DNA of 47,906 nt, from the NCBI RefSeq assembly GCF_001194135.2, contig NC_068981.1, positions 39,368,411 through 39,416,316 of the forward strand, read 5' to 3'. This DNA is from Octopus bimaculoides. Taxonomy: Eukaryota. A program made the translations under genes and the position numbers. Shown piece after piece: positions 36,806-47,642 of the stretch. The notes under the pieces were generated by a model that saw only the letters and a list, made by a program, of their open reading frames with translations, made no database searches and had not been told where the DNA came from. The first letter of the stretch is position 1. Each line of letters begins with the position of its first letter.

Positions 36806-37799
36806 GTAAGATCAAAATATAATCATATCTTGCAGTGCAAGGAGTTGCCATGCAAATGTTGAGAAAACGAATTAACGTACAATTATAGTTGGTGGATAAG
36901 CGAACTTCTGTTATTAATTGTATGCAAAGCTGTAGTCATATACTGGTTTTGAAGAAAAGCAATTGATGACGAATTGAACCATTATGCCATTCTAAAAGTC
37001 TCTAATGGTCTGGAATAATTATAAATAATGTAGGAGGCTACTGGTGTATATTAATGATAGGTTATTGAAGTAGTTAACTGAATTTATGATAGAAAAAGGA
37101 GGAGATTGTAAGAAAGGCGATTTTATATAATTTGGAAAAAGTAGACAGTGAAAAGGAATGTGAGGAAATATAATGCAATTTAGATGTCATAATCATCATC
37201 ATCGTCATCCTCAAACACACTTATGCCTTCTTTACCATGCATATGTCAAATACTCTACCATGAGTTTAAAATGGCAGACAAGGCCAATATATTGAGATTT
37301 ACTCTCGAGCCTAAAGTTCCTTCCCATTATTCATTTTATTTGCTATAATTTAGCTGAAAATAGATGCTTCGACAAAGACTGAGAGACCTTTACTTATAAC
37401 CCATAAATATTGAGTGATTAGTAACCATATGCCTTGATTGTAGAAAGTCTCATACCATCTAAGAGATCACTTGTTAAATAATGCTTTTTACAATCTTCCA
37501 TTTCAATTCTAGCATAGGTCAGCAAGTTGCAAATTAAGCATGCTTCAAGTATCATTTAATACCTTATACCTTTTGTAATTTAATTAGTTTGAAGGTTAGA
37601 TGAAATGTAAATACACTAATAATACTGTCATTAGAAATGGTTTCTACTAATTTGAAGAAGTCAACCTGAAATATAAATCAGTGTATTAAAGGATACAGAA
37701 TAAACCAAAATAGAGCTGTGCAAACAGATACAACAATACCATCTATTCATTGCCTGGGCTTCATAGTTATATATTACAATACATCTAAAGTATCAGAAT

Positions 37800-38010
37800 A
37801 CAATCCAAATCTTGCATACAAAGATAACCAGTCATTCTGATCAATCCCAATGAAGTGTAACCTCTCTAACCATGCCAACTACCCACCTATTGTTCTCTGA
37901 TTAAACATTTAAAGTGAGATAGACAGTCATAAATAAGATATTCTTCAATAAATATTTTTCCTACCCAGTGACCACTAGATTTCATAGAGACCCCAACCAC
38001 CAAGGGTATT
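37800..38010 (+). mobile_element. Possible old CR1/L2-group RT remnant
   Basis: IPMKCNLSNHANYPPIVL at 37844-37897 resembles the IPKKGDxSxPxNYRPIAL RT motif. Confidence 0.35.
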
Positions 38011-38107
38011 ACTATATTATTGTGTCGCAATGTGTGTCATTATATCACCTTTAGTATTTCAGATTTCGTCTGTGTCTTCCAGAGTATTCCATCTCTACAT
38101 TTATATT

Positions 38108-38328
38108 TTAACCCTTTTAATACTAACCCACCCAAAACAGTGCTCATTATATGATACAAAAAACTGCTGTTTTAAAGCAATCTGAATTAAAAACCTTCCA
38201 TCAAAATTTCATGTTAAATTATGCTCCAAACATCAGTTTAACTATGACAAGTTATTTTACCAAATATTCCATCATTTTCAAAATTAAATAAAGCAAATTT
38301 CTTGAGAAATTTGATAACAAAAGTGTAC
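38108..38328. mobile_element. piggyBac-like MITE with decayed right end
   Basis: TTAA-CCCTTTTAATAC on the left, gataacaaaagtg-tac on the right. Confidence 0.5.
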
Positions 38329-38603
38329 TCCTAATCAAATTACATTATCTTTAACTTCTGAATTTTCTGCACATTATTACCCACACAGAATGTGAGCTCA
38401 TCAGTGGAATTGAATAACATGTATGAACATGGATCTCAAAATAACCTTCAGTGGGAAGGGAGAGTTCAAAATAATACCTCATTCAATTGCTACAAAATGT
38501 TGTTAATGCATATATCAAGAAAATACTCTAACTGCTCATATGGTTTTTTGAATTGTAAACACTAAATTTTTATTCATTTTTATTCATTAATACCAACTGG
38601 CAA

Positions 38604-38820
38604 CAAGGTGGCAAGCTGGAAGAATCGTTAACATGCCAGGCAAAATGCTTAGCTGCATTTTGCCAATCTTTGCATTCTGAGTTCAAATTCTAATGAGGTT
38701 GACTTTGCCTTTCATCCTTTTGAGGTTGATAAAATATGTACCAGTTAAGCACTGGGGTCGATGTAATTGACTTAACCCCTCCCTTGAAATTTCTGGTCTT
38801 GTGCCAAAAAGTTGAAGCTA
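38604..38820 (+). mobile_element. SINE family B, full length
   Basis: aaggtggcaagctggaagaatcgttaac head, gagttcaaattc B-box, ctggggtcgatgtaattgactt, tail gtgccaaaaagttgaagc. Confidence 0.9.
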
Positions 38821-39064
38821 ATATTAACTGTTGTCAAGGCTTTGTGTCTATGTCTGTGATCAACAATATATATGAAAGCAGTGAATAGATGGCAAGCTCT
38901 TTGGGGAACTGAGTCTGCAACAAGCTAATCTTAATTTTAAATTGTATGCAATTCACTTATGCTATTAATGTCTGTGAGAAAGGCAGAAGCCACACAAAAC
39001 ACATTACCACATGAACCATACTGTTAGTATCATCAACATCATTATCATCATCACCATTATTGTT

Positions 39065-39280
39065 AAGGTGGCAAGCTGTCAAAATCTTTAACGTGCCAGA
39101 CAAAAAGTTTTAGTGGCATTTTGTCTGTCTTTATATTCTGGGTTCAAAATCCACTGAGATCAACTTCGAATTTCATCCTCTTCATGCCAATAAAATAAGT
39201 ATTATTTGAATACAGGTATTAATGTAATTGACCATCACTCACCCCTAAAATTGCTGGCCTTGCACCAGAATTTGAAACGA
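39065..39280 (+). mobile_element. SINE family B following an ATC/ATT repeat
   Basis: Head aaggtggcaagctg, tail ttgctggccttgcaccagaatttgaaac. Confidence 0.85.
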
Positions 39281-39293
39281 TTCTAATTATCAT

Positions 39294-39415
39294 AGGCAGT
39301 GAGCTGATAGAATCATTAGCATGTTGAACAAAATACTTAGTAGCATTTTTTTCAAGCTTTACATTCTGAGTTCAAATTCTGCCAAGGTCTACATTGCCTT
39401 TCATCTTTTTGTGTT
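39294..39415 (+). mobile_element. SINE family B, 5' half
   Basis: aggcagtgagctgatagaatcattagc...gagttcaaattctgcc...gcctttcatc. Confidence 0.8.
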
Positions 39416-39420
39416 GACCT

Positions 39421-39548
39421 TATCAAAAGGTCCCTGATTAAGAGTTATTTAAGGCTGTTGAATGAAACAGAGGTGAATTATTCAAACCCCAAAGAATTCC
39501 TCTCAACACATGGCCACGATGCTCCCCCACTACTTCTGCTCATGATCA
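39421..39548 (-). mobile_element. Second fragment of the 4542-5075 repeat family
   Basis: caaaaggtccctga...acacatggccacgatgctcccccactacttctgctcatgatcaga aligns to about 4783-4900. Confidence 0.8.
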
Positions 39549-39549
39549 G

Positions 39550-40305
39550 AAATACAGTTTCATGTTGTTTCTCCTGAGACTGTATGTTTGACCAGAATCT
39601 TGCTATCTTCANNNNNNNNNNCCCCCCATCCAGTTCCTGATAGACTCGTTTCTGATTTTGTTTGAAAAGTCTGTTTAATCTATACTGCTCAGTTCCCTGT
39701 TCATATCTCTTTAGTTTATGTGCTAGCTCAACATATTTCTCTTGCTGAACTTCATTTCTTTTTTCCATTCCAGAATATTAATATGTTTTCTGGTCTCATT
39801 AATAGACTGCATTATTCTCCTTTTCCACCATCGTTCCTTCGAGTTATGTTGACATTTACCTTTGGCGTTCAAACCTAACTTCCAGGCTAATAAAGATCGA
39901 GATTGCATTTATCAGATTGTTGGTATCTGTGATGTTGTCAGTCCTGATAGCACCAGTGATATCATTTATTTTCCTGACCCATTCATTGGGTTTCTTTCTG
40001 TCTACTTTTTTAAACCCCATATGAAAGCTCTGTTCACCAGGGGTCCAAATATCAATGATTTAATTTAAAATGGATATCTGTTCCTCGGTTCTCTCATCAC
40101 TTTTCTGATCAATAATCTCAGCCTCATGCCCATTTTCNNNNNNNNNNGATCAATAATCTCAGCCTCATGCCCATTTTCTTCTTTTAACTCTCCTGCCATA
40201 GTTTCAGTATCTGCATTCTCTTCTTTCTCCATCTGTTCACTGCCAGTCTTACTACCACTAAGCACCCATCTCTTAAAGCTTTCTATTTTATTATTCCTTC
40301 AGAAC
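39550..40305 (-). mobile_element. R4/Dong-type N-terminal coding remnant (two 10-N gaps)
   Basis: WWKRRIMQSI, KLKRYEQGTEQYRLNRLFKQNQKRVYQELDG..FWSNI, homologous to the 28700-29100 region. Confidence 0.8.
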
Positions 40306-40580
40306 ACATTGTAGGTAAAAATGCACCGGAGTCTTTAATCATTTGTCAAGTCACAAGGACCTCAGACAGAAAATACTTTCCTTAAGACGTACACTGTGCC
40401 CAGTAAGGCTGCTTTTTGCAAGACATCAATCAATGGGATTTCCAGTTGCCTTAAGAAGTTTTGAAGTTTCAATGGGATTGAGCCCAATGCTCCGATCACC
40501 ACTGGTATCACTTTTACAGTCTTGCCATTTCCACTTTCAATTCGGAGTACTTGTTGACTTTTTCAACTTCTTTACTCACA
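40306..40580 (-). mobile_element. 5'-truncated R4/Dong-type 3' end
   Basis: EKVNKYSELKVEMARL, VIPVVIGALGSIP, LQKAALLGTVYVLRKVFSV* plus 3' UTR. Confidence 0.85.
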
Positions 40581-40591
40581 TTGTTATTATT

Positions 40592-40631
<40 letters not shown>

Positions 40632-40643
40632 ACATCATCATCA

Positions 40644-40699
<56 letters not shown>
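40581..40699. repeat. (ATC)n(ATT)n microsatellite between two Dong-type pieces
   Basis: Directly visible. Confidence 0.97.
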
Positions 40700-42380
40700 G
40701 TAGACATCACACAGTATACAATATCGTTAGGTTGATGATTGAAGTTATTGTGTCTACCGGGGGTTTGTACTGTTTGTCAAGTCACAACAAGGGTCTCAGA
40801 CAGACAGTACTTTACTCAGTATGCATGCAGTTCCAAGTAATTCCAACTTTTGCAATACACCTAGATTGTAGGGTATTTCTAAAGTTTACAGATGTCTTTT
40901 TATAACTAAGTATCATTCAATCATTGCAGTCTTTCCACTTTCCATTTCAAATTATCATATCTGACATGCTTCTTTTCTGCTTTTTTTGATACTCTGTCAC
41001 TACCAGGGCATGTAATATCTACAGTTAAAAAGTTCTTTTTTATTACCTCTTTATTCACAGCCATTTTATCTGGCTTTCAATGAACTGTCATACACTTTTG
41101 TGCCTAGTTAGACTAACCTTTCAGTATTGCTCTTGAGGTGGAATGCTCTGTACATTGTGAGTAGTTTTCTTGATTTTCAGTCTAGCATCTGTATCTCCCC
41201 ACTCCTCTAAGCGATAATACCTGCTCTGCACCTTCATAATGCTATTGTCCATGCATTGATTGATTGAAAGTAATTTCTTCCTTTCACATTTGACTGCAGC
41301 ACCAATCCAAGTCTTTGGAGATACTCTGGTATAATGCTTTTATTCATTTCTTCTTCCATCACTTCGTTCACTTCTAATATGCCCAGGTATCGTGGTGGGG
41401 GGGTATGATTTGGGTCTATAATTATCCACAGCATTCTCTTTTGAAGCATCCATCAAACACAGCATTCTCTGTCCCATAGTTATCCTCTCAGGAATATCTT
41501 CATTTCTGTTGATCAGTGCATTAAGCAGCTTGTGCTATTCTTTTATGGTACCCGAACAGCTTCACTGCCCAATAACCCTGAACACCATCAGGTCCAGCTA
41601 CTTTTCAATTATTCATCTTTATACCACTCTCTGACTGGTTGGCGTTAGGAAGGGCATCCAGCTGTAGAAACTCTGCCAAATTAGATTGGAGCCTGGTGTT
41701 GCCATCCGGTTTCACCAGTCCTCAGTCAAATCGTCCAACCCATGCTAGCATGGAAAGCGGACGTTAAACGATGATAATGATGATGATGATGATGATACTT
41801 GTCACACATCTTCTTTTTTAATTGTTATTTTGTCTTGTTGTGGATAAGAAATAGACTCCTTCAGATTATGTAACCATTCAGCCTCTGCATTATTCTGTTT
41901 GCCCTTATTCCATATCTCACTCCAAAATACGTGAATTCCTTCAGCTTCTCTTAAAACTTTTTTGAGTATGTTTTTCTCAGTTATTTCATTATAAAATTTC
42001 TTCTGATCAATTTGGAATTATACATTTTGCCTAAACTGCCTCACTTTTTGATTATAACTCATTATTTTATCTCTCTCTACTAAAATGCATTATTTTAGAT
42101 ATTCAGTTACAAAATTCAGTCTTTTTCTATCAATTCTATATTGTTTCTTCCATCTGTTGTACTTATAACCATGCCTAAGCACACCTTTCCACTTTCTTTC
42201 CAATACTGATACATCACCAACAAGCTTATCTATGTTTCTAATATTCCTTTTTTCCACAATGGGTCTTCGTTTTGTGTCTTGTACTGTTTGTTCTTTGAGG
42301 GATTGTTTTACATGTAGCCAGTCCTCAAATATGTGCAGCCTCTCTTCCCAATAGATTTTATTTGGTGAAAATTTTTTAAT
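40700..42380 (-). mobile_element. Internally deleted R4/Dong-type element with intact 3' end and (TAA)n tail
   Basis: N*KVAGPDGVQGYW, RYLGILE, FQSINAW, LQKLELLGTACILSKVLSV*, 3' UTR running into (TAA)n. Confidence 0.8.
41625..41796 (+). mobile_element. Short RTE-tailed retroposon inserted into the Dong remnant
   Basis: cactctctgactggttggcgttaggaagggcatccagctgtagaaac...ggaaagcggacgttaaacgatgataatgatg. Confidence 0.88.
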
Positions 42381-44207
42381 TAATACATTTTATCATTACA
42401 TTTAAAAATTTAATGCATATAAATTACTCAGTAATGATTCCAAAAGTAAGTATATTGGATAAGCTCCCTGTTCTGATAGCAATGCCAAGCTAGCTGGGTC
42501 CAAGTCAGTAGCCTTTTTCTTATGTAAATTTCAGCATCATGGAGACAGGTGTTTTGTAAGTATGGGCAATTTCATGTCTTCCTCAGTTAACCTACGTGTG
42601 TCTACACATACTTGTGAAGATGCATAGTCGACTTTAATCAATGGAATCTTTGTATGTATATATATAATTGGAATGGTAAAGGTCTATGCTAATATCAATA
42701 GAATTTGAACCACTGAACTGCAGGTGTCAAGTGTACTACCAGTAAACATCGATTTCAGTGATGTTGCTGCTAATAATTTCAGTATTCTGATCACTGCATT
42801 GACTTTACTAGTAACAAAGAAGAAAAGGAAGAAGAGAGAAAATGAAAGTTACTGAACAATATTACAGAAACAAAATGCCACAGAAAGAAACGATATAATA
42901 GACAGAAATACAAAAAGAAAAGAAATATATAGATATAAAAAGTATACAAGCAACAACACAAAACTAGAGAGAAAAGTAACAGAAGTGGAAGAGAATAAAG
43001 ACAAAAATAAAACACAAGAGGGGAAGAAACGGTGAAGATCTGAAAGAGAAAGAAAATGAAAAAAATACAAAATAAAGAGAATGGAAGTATAATGTGAAGA
43101 GAGTAATAAAAGATAAAAACAGAAGGGGAGAAATAAAGAAAATAATTCTGAAAGAGTGAAATAAGCAAAGAAAGAAACAGGTGAATCTTGTTAGAAGAGG
43201 TTGTAATGAAGGTAGAAAGAGTTGAACAAAAAATAAGATGTGTGTTTAAAGACAGCAAGAGTGGAATGAGAAATAAAGTGGTGAGGATGATGGCAGTGGT
43301 GGAGGTGTTGGAAATGGTGGTAATGGTGGTGGTGATAATAATAGTGGCAAGTGTTGTGTGAGAAGGAAAGAGAAGCCGATTTACTGTCAACTTAAATGAA
43401 AGCAATGTTAAATCACATTAAATGAAAGAGAAGTTAGTGACAGAATTCACTGAGTACAAATTTCAAGCACAATTTCCTTACATGGAGTGTGAAATTCCTG
43501 TTGGTATCCTAAAATGTTGATACTTTAGGACTGTTATCAATGTAGCCATTTGATTTCACTTACTTTTATTGCTTATGAAAAATCCAGTCTTATGCAGTGA
43601 CTCAGTACCTTACTGAGGATACTGATTAGAAAAAGATATAATAAATTTTGTTTATATGGTACTACATTTTATACTCAATGCAATGATTAGAATATAAACA
43701 ATGTAAAAAAAAACAAAACAAATTAAGTTCTTGGTAGACCATTCTTTGATCTGAGGGCAGTGAATTGGTATAGTTGTTTGAAGAGTTACCAGAATACTCT
43801 TGCAGTGTGCGTTCCACTTCTCTGTGCTTTGAGCTCAAATCCTGTTGAAATCATCTTTGCTTTTTATCTTTTCTGTTTCAATAAAAAAAGTGCCAGTTCA
43901 AGGAATTATGGACTGGGGAAACTGTGGGAACGTTTTGTTCCATGTTTTGGTTGGTTGGTTCTTTGTGTTCTGATTTCAAATCCTGCTATATCCCACTTTG
44001 TTCATCATTGCCCTGTTTAACACTACTACATGGCATCTAGAGTGCCCTTAATGGCATACACTCTGTAATAAATATTTAGAGCAGAGAACACTTTCCTCTC
44101 TTCCTTACACCAGTCTCAGAGAACCTGTAAGTGGCCATGGTCAATGCCTTTCTACCTGATGAACAAAAGATTAACAGAAAAATTCTGATTATATTTGTTT
44201 TTTATAG

Positions 44208-44380
44208 TTCTTAAAATACTAATGACTTTGGAGCATTATGAATGTTACAAATCTAACTTGTCATTCTATGATGATGAGGCTTCAGGAATGCCAAGAGAAT
44301 GCAATGAGATTCACATTAACAATAGTTCTGTTTGCATAGCTTATGAAAAAAGTTATAAGATTCTTCCTTGGAATTCAGTG
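44208..44380 (+). CDS. Candidate 173-nt internal exon (phase 1 to phase 0) of an unidentified host gene
   Basis: Acceptor tatatttgttttttatag, donor GTG|gtaggt, open frame LKILMTLEHYECYKSNLSFYDDEASGMPRECNEIHINNSSVCIAYEKSYKILPWNSV; no TE motif recognised. Confidence 0.4.
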
Positions 44381-45498
44381 GTAGGTTAACACTTTGTCAA
44401 GAGGTAGAGAGATTTGTGTCTCATTTGCTTAATGAAAGGCGAATTGCAATTTAAGCCTTAAGAATCTTTGTAATTTACAATCAAATTCATAAGGTACAGT
44501 TTAAGCGCAAGACAGAGTAATTGTTAAATATTATAAGCATCAGGTCTTACAATATAATTGCAAAACTGAAGAGATGTATAGCAGTATTTAGAATGTTTTT
44601 TTTTTAAATATATAGCAGTTATAATTTCCAAATCTTTTAAATTGAAAACAAGAAGGCTGCTTTATCATTTATTTGAAGAAGGACCCAACCCACAAAAGCT
44701 GAAACACAAATCTCATGCCACTTTCATTTTTACAAATCTTATTTGCCCTCTGAAAATATCACTAGTTTACTCATGATCTATACGTTTTTCAAATAGATAT
44801 TTTAATACATTGCTGAATATTTCTATGAATTTAAAAGCAGCATCTATTTTACTTTATGTATTTTTATTTCATATTTCCATACTGACATTTGGATACCATT
44901 TTGAATATGAATGCAAATGTATATACACAGTGGAGTATCTAGAACTTGTGAGAAATTATGAGAACTTGTATCGCATGTTTACAATACAACCAAACCAATA
45001 GTTGAAGAGTAATGAAATTTTATTTTTAATAATTTTAAGATTAGTTTTTGACATTTTTTACAACTTGGTAATGTTACAAAATGACTCTTAGATTAGAAAA
45101 CAGAACAATGTGCACTGAATAGTCAGCACTGATATTACTGTGATCATTATCATTTTCACCTTCAAATTTAAATTAACCGTAGTAAAGGATCATAGAAAAT
45201 GTCAATCAACACATGTATCAGGTAAAATGAGTTAGGTCATAGGTTTGTATTATTTAAAGCAATGGAGACCCATAATCTTTATGATCATTCTGGTTATTGG
45301 AAACATATGATCATTATGAAGTTAATAATCTCACTGCCTTTGCTCATCATCGTGTAAAAATTATTACTGCAATAAATGCAAAAGATGTCTAAATGTAACT
45401 GCCATGCATGAACATCAAAGAGTGTGCACATAGGGAAAGCTCACATTCCCAGGCAAACATGAATAATAAAAGAGAAATAAAAATGTTAATAAACTTAC

Positions 45499-45642
45499 AA
45501 CACCTAAGAGAAATGAATGATATCAATGGAGTATGTGTCCCCTTGTGGCAATATAAACAGCAGATCTCAAACTTGTTGGCAGAAACAGAGATATTTGAAT
45601 CAGCCCTAGTATATCCTATGAAGGATTTTATTGATCCTTGAG
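45499..45642 (-). CDS. Candidate 144-nt symmetric (phase 1-1) exon
   Basis: Acceptor ttttactttatttttcttag, donor gtaagt, open frame QGSIKSFIGYTRADSNISVSANKFEICCLYCHKG...; signals only. Confidence 0.22.
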
Positions 45643-46156
45643 CTAAGAAAAATAAAGTAAAATCTGGTAAAATTATAATAAAATCAACAGAAGCAAAACC
45701 AATAAAAATGATATTAATTTCTAACTTCGGCACAAGATTGCAAATTTTGGTGGTGGGGTGAAATGTTGTTGTTCGTATTGTTGTTATCTAACCCCAGCTT
45801 AGCCTTGAACATAAGAGCTATAAGCATCCTTGTCTTTTTAGGGTATATGGGACTACATTATACAATGTGTCCTTTCTGTATTTAAAGTAGCAGAGTATGA
45901 TATGAAGGAGATGTAGTTGTTACTTCTTGTAGGTTAATTGGCAGAATTGAATTTTCTCCAGTAGTTGAGTGGTTCAGGATAAGTCAACCCTAGTAGGAAT
46001 TGAACTTAGAACATAAAAGGATGCAGTTTAATAACCACAGTAATTGACTGTACCTTGATAATGGTAATGGTAATAATAATTACTTTATTACCCTTACAAA
46101 GGTAGCAGTAAATTTACAAATGTGAGTGGACAGCAGCATAGACAGTTATTGCATAG

Positions 46157-46157
<1 letters not shown>

Positions 46158-46222
<65 letters not shown>
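46158..46222. repeat. (CA)n microsatellite
   Basis: Directly visible. Confidence 0.97.
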
Positions 46223-46226
<4 letters not shown>

Positions 46227-46500
46227 CATCATCATCATCACCGGTGTTTTAATATCCACTTTTGTACGTACACATGGGGGTTAGCCAGAATTTTCTGAAG
46301 CAGATTTTCTATATTTGGATAGCCTTGCTATCCACTTTTGTATGTTCACATGGGGGTTAGCCAGAATTTTCAGAAGCAGATTTTCTATATTTGGATAGCC
46401 TTGCTATCCTCGATCTTACATGATTCCAAGTCAAGTATTGTTTCTCCATAGCTTGACATGCTTTTTACAGGAGATTGGGAATAAAGAACACTGCTGTATG
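46223..46500 (-). mobile_element. RTE-tailed retroposon with a 76-bp tandem duplication
   Basis: (CAT)n tail, aaagtggatattaaaacaccggtgatg end, duplicated unit 46253-46328/46329-46404. The 5' boundary is approximate. Confidence 0.65.
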
Positions 46501-46573
46501 ATAGGGACATTCATTTCAACTACCAAGTGATATCAAGAAAGGCAGACACCAACTTACATTCACATATACATAT

Positions 46574-46580
<7 letters not shown>

Positions 46581-46611
<31 letters not shown>
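46581..46611. repeat. (TA)n microsatellite
   Basis: Directly visible. Confidence 0.95.
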
Positions 46612-46614
<3 letters not shown>

Positions 46615-46765
46615 GTTATGAAGGGTATTGGAGTCAACTAAACCCTAAAGATACAGGTAATACTGAGTAACTGCTGTATACTGACTAGTTTTGCCCCTGA
46701 CGTGGCTGCAACATGAGTGAGGAATATAACATGGGTTGTGTATTTGCATGTGTATATATAAAAAG
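46612..46765. mobile_element. Diverged relative of the outer end of the foldback arms
   Basis: ggttatgaagggtattggagtcaactaaaccctaaagatacaggtaatactgagtaactgct aligns to the reverse complement of the window end (ggttatgagagataatggtgtcaagaagacccaaatgtgtcagataatgctgagtaagtgct). Confidence 0.65.
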
Positions 46766-47144
46766 AACCTTTGCCATTGGTTTCTTTATCTTATTCTTTA
46801 TATATATATATAAATCAAGATTATGTAACTCTAGGTCACTACATTAGTAGGGAAGAAGGAAGGAAGGAAGCGAGGGAAGTTGATGGGAGGGTTGGTAATA
46901 TCAAGCACCATCAATCACCATTATCCTTACCATAAGAGGTAACGATGTCAAAAAGACCTAAAGGTGTCAGGTAATGCTGAGTAAGTGCTATGGACAGACT
47001 ATAGTTAAGCTCCAGGTTCAGTGATTATGTGAATGAGGAGTCCAGCGTAGGTCATATATCAGCATATGTATATATAAAAAAATTAACAGAATGAGATAAA
47101 AATCCAAGGCTGTGAAAGATTTCAGAACATTTATAAATAGAAGG

Positions 47145-47190
47145 TCTTACAGCTGTTTCCAGAATATTTTATATATCCCTTCATCAGAGA
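47145..47190 (-). ncRNA. Minimal type I hammerhead ribozyme (left arm)
   Basis: UCU CUGAUGA A GGGAUAU-AUAAA-AUAUUCU G GAAAC AGCU GUA^ AGA; palindromic stem III ACAGCUGU; predicted cut between 47148 and 47147. Confidence 0.72.
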
Positions 47191-47642
47191 TGGTGTGAGA
47201 AAATGGTTAAGCAATAGTTATTCTAGATAAGATATGAAATAGAGAGTGAAGTGTAGGAATGAAAGTAGACATGAGATATGCAGGGATATTGTATCTTCAG
47301 TTCCATTATTTAAGCAGAATGGTATACACATGAAATTCCTGTACCTTGTGATTAAGTTGCAATAGTATTTAAAATTGGTCATTCCAAGCATAGAGTTTGT
47401 AAACGGTGTTATTGAATCAAGGGTTTTTTTGAAGTGTTATTGGATCAAGGGTTTTTTAAATACTATTGGAACTTACACACAAGGTACAGGAAACATATAT
47501 GTATATCATTCTCTTAAATAATGGAATAATGGAACTACAGATACAATATCCCTGCATATCTCACATTTTCATTCCTGCACTTCACTCCCTATTTCATGTC
47601 TTCTCTAGAATAACTATTGCTTAACCATTTTCTCGCACCATC

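Noticed and set aside
40107-40178. 31-bp direct repeat
   Set aside because: The two copies straddle a 10-N gap; typical of an unmerged contig overlap.
42791-43405. 204-aa hydrophobic ORF on the minus strand
   Set aside because: It is the reverse complement of low-complexity A/G-rich sequence, which yields F/L/S-rich, stop-poor frames.
44150-44190. CTGATGA...GAAA hammerhead-like spacing
   Set aside because: The intervening sequence cannot form stem II, and there is no stem I or III.
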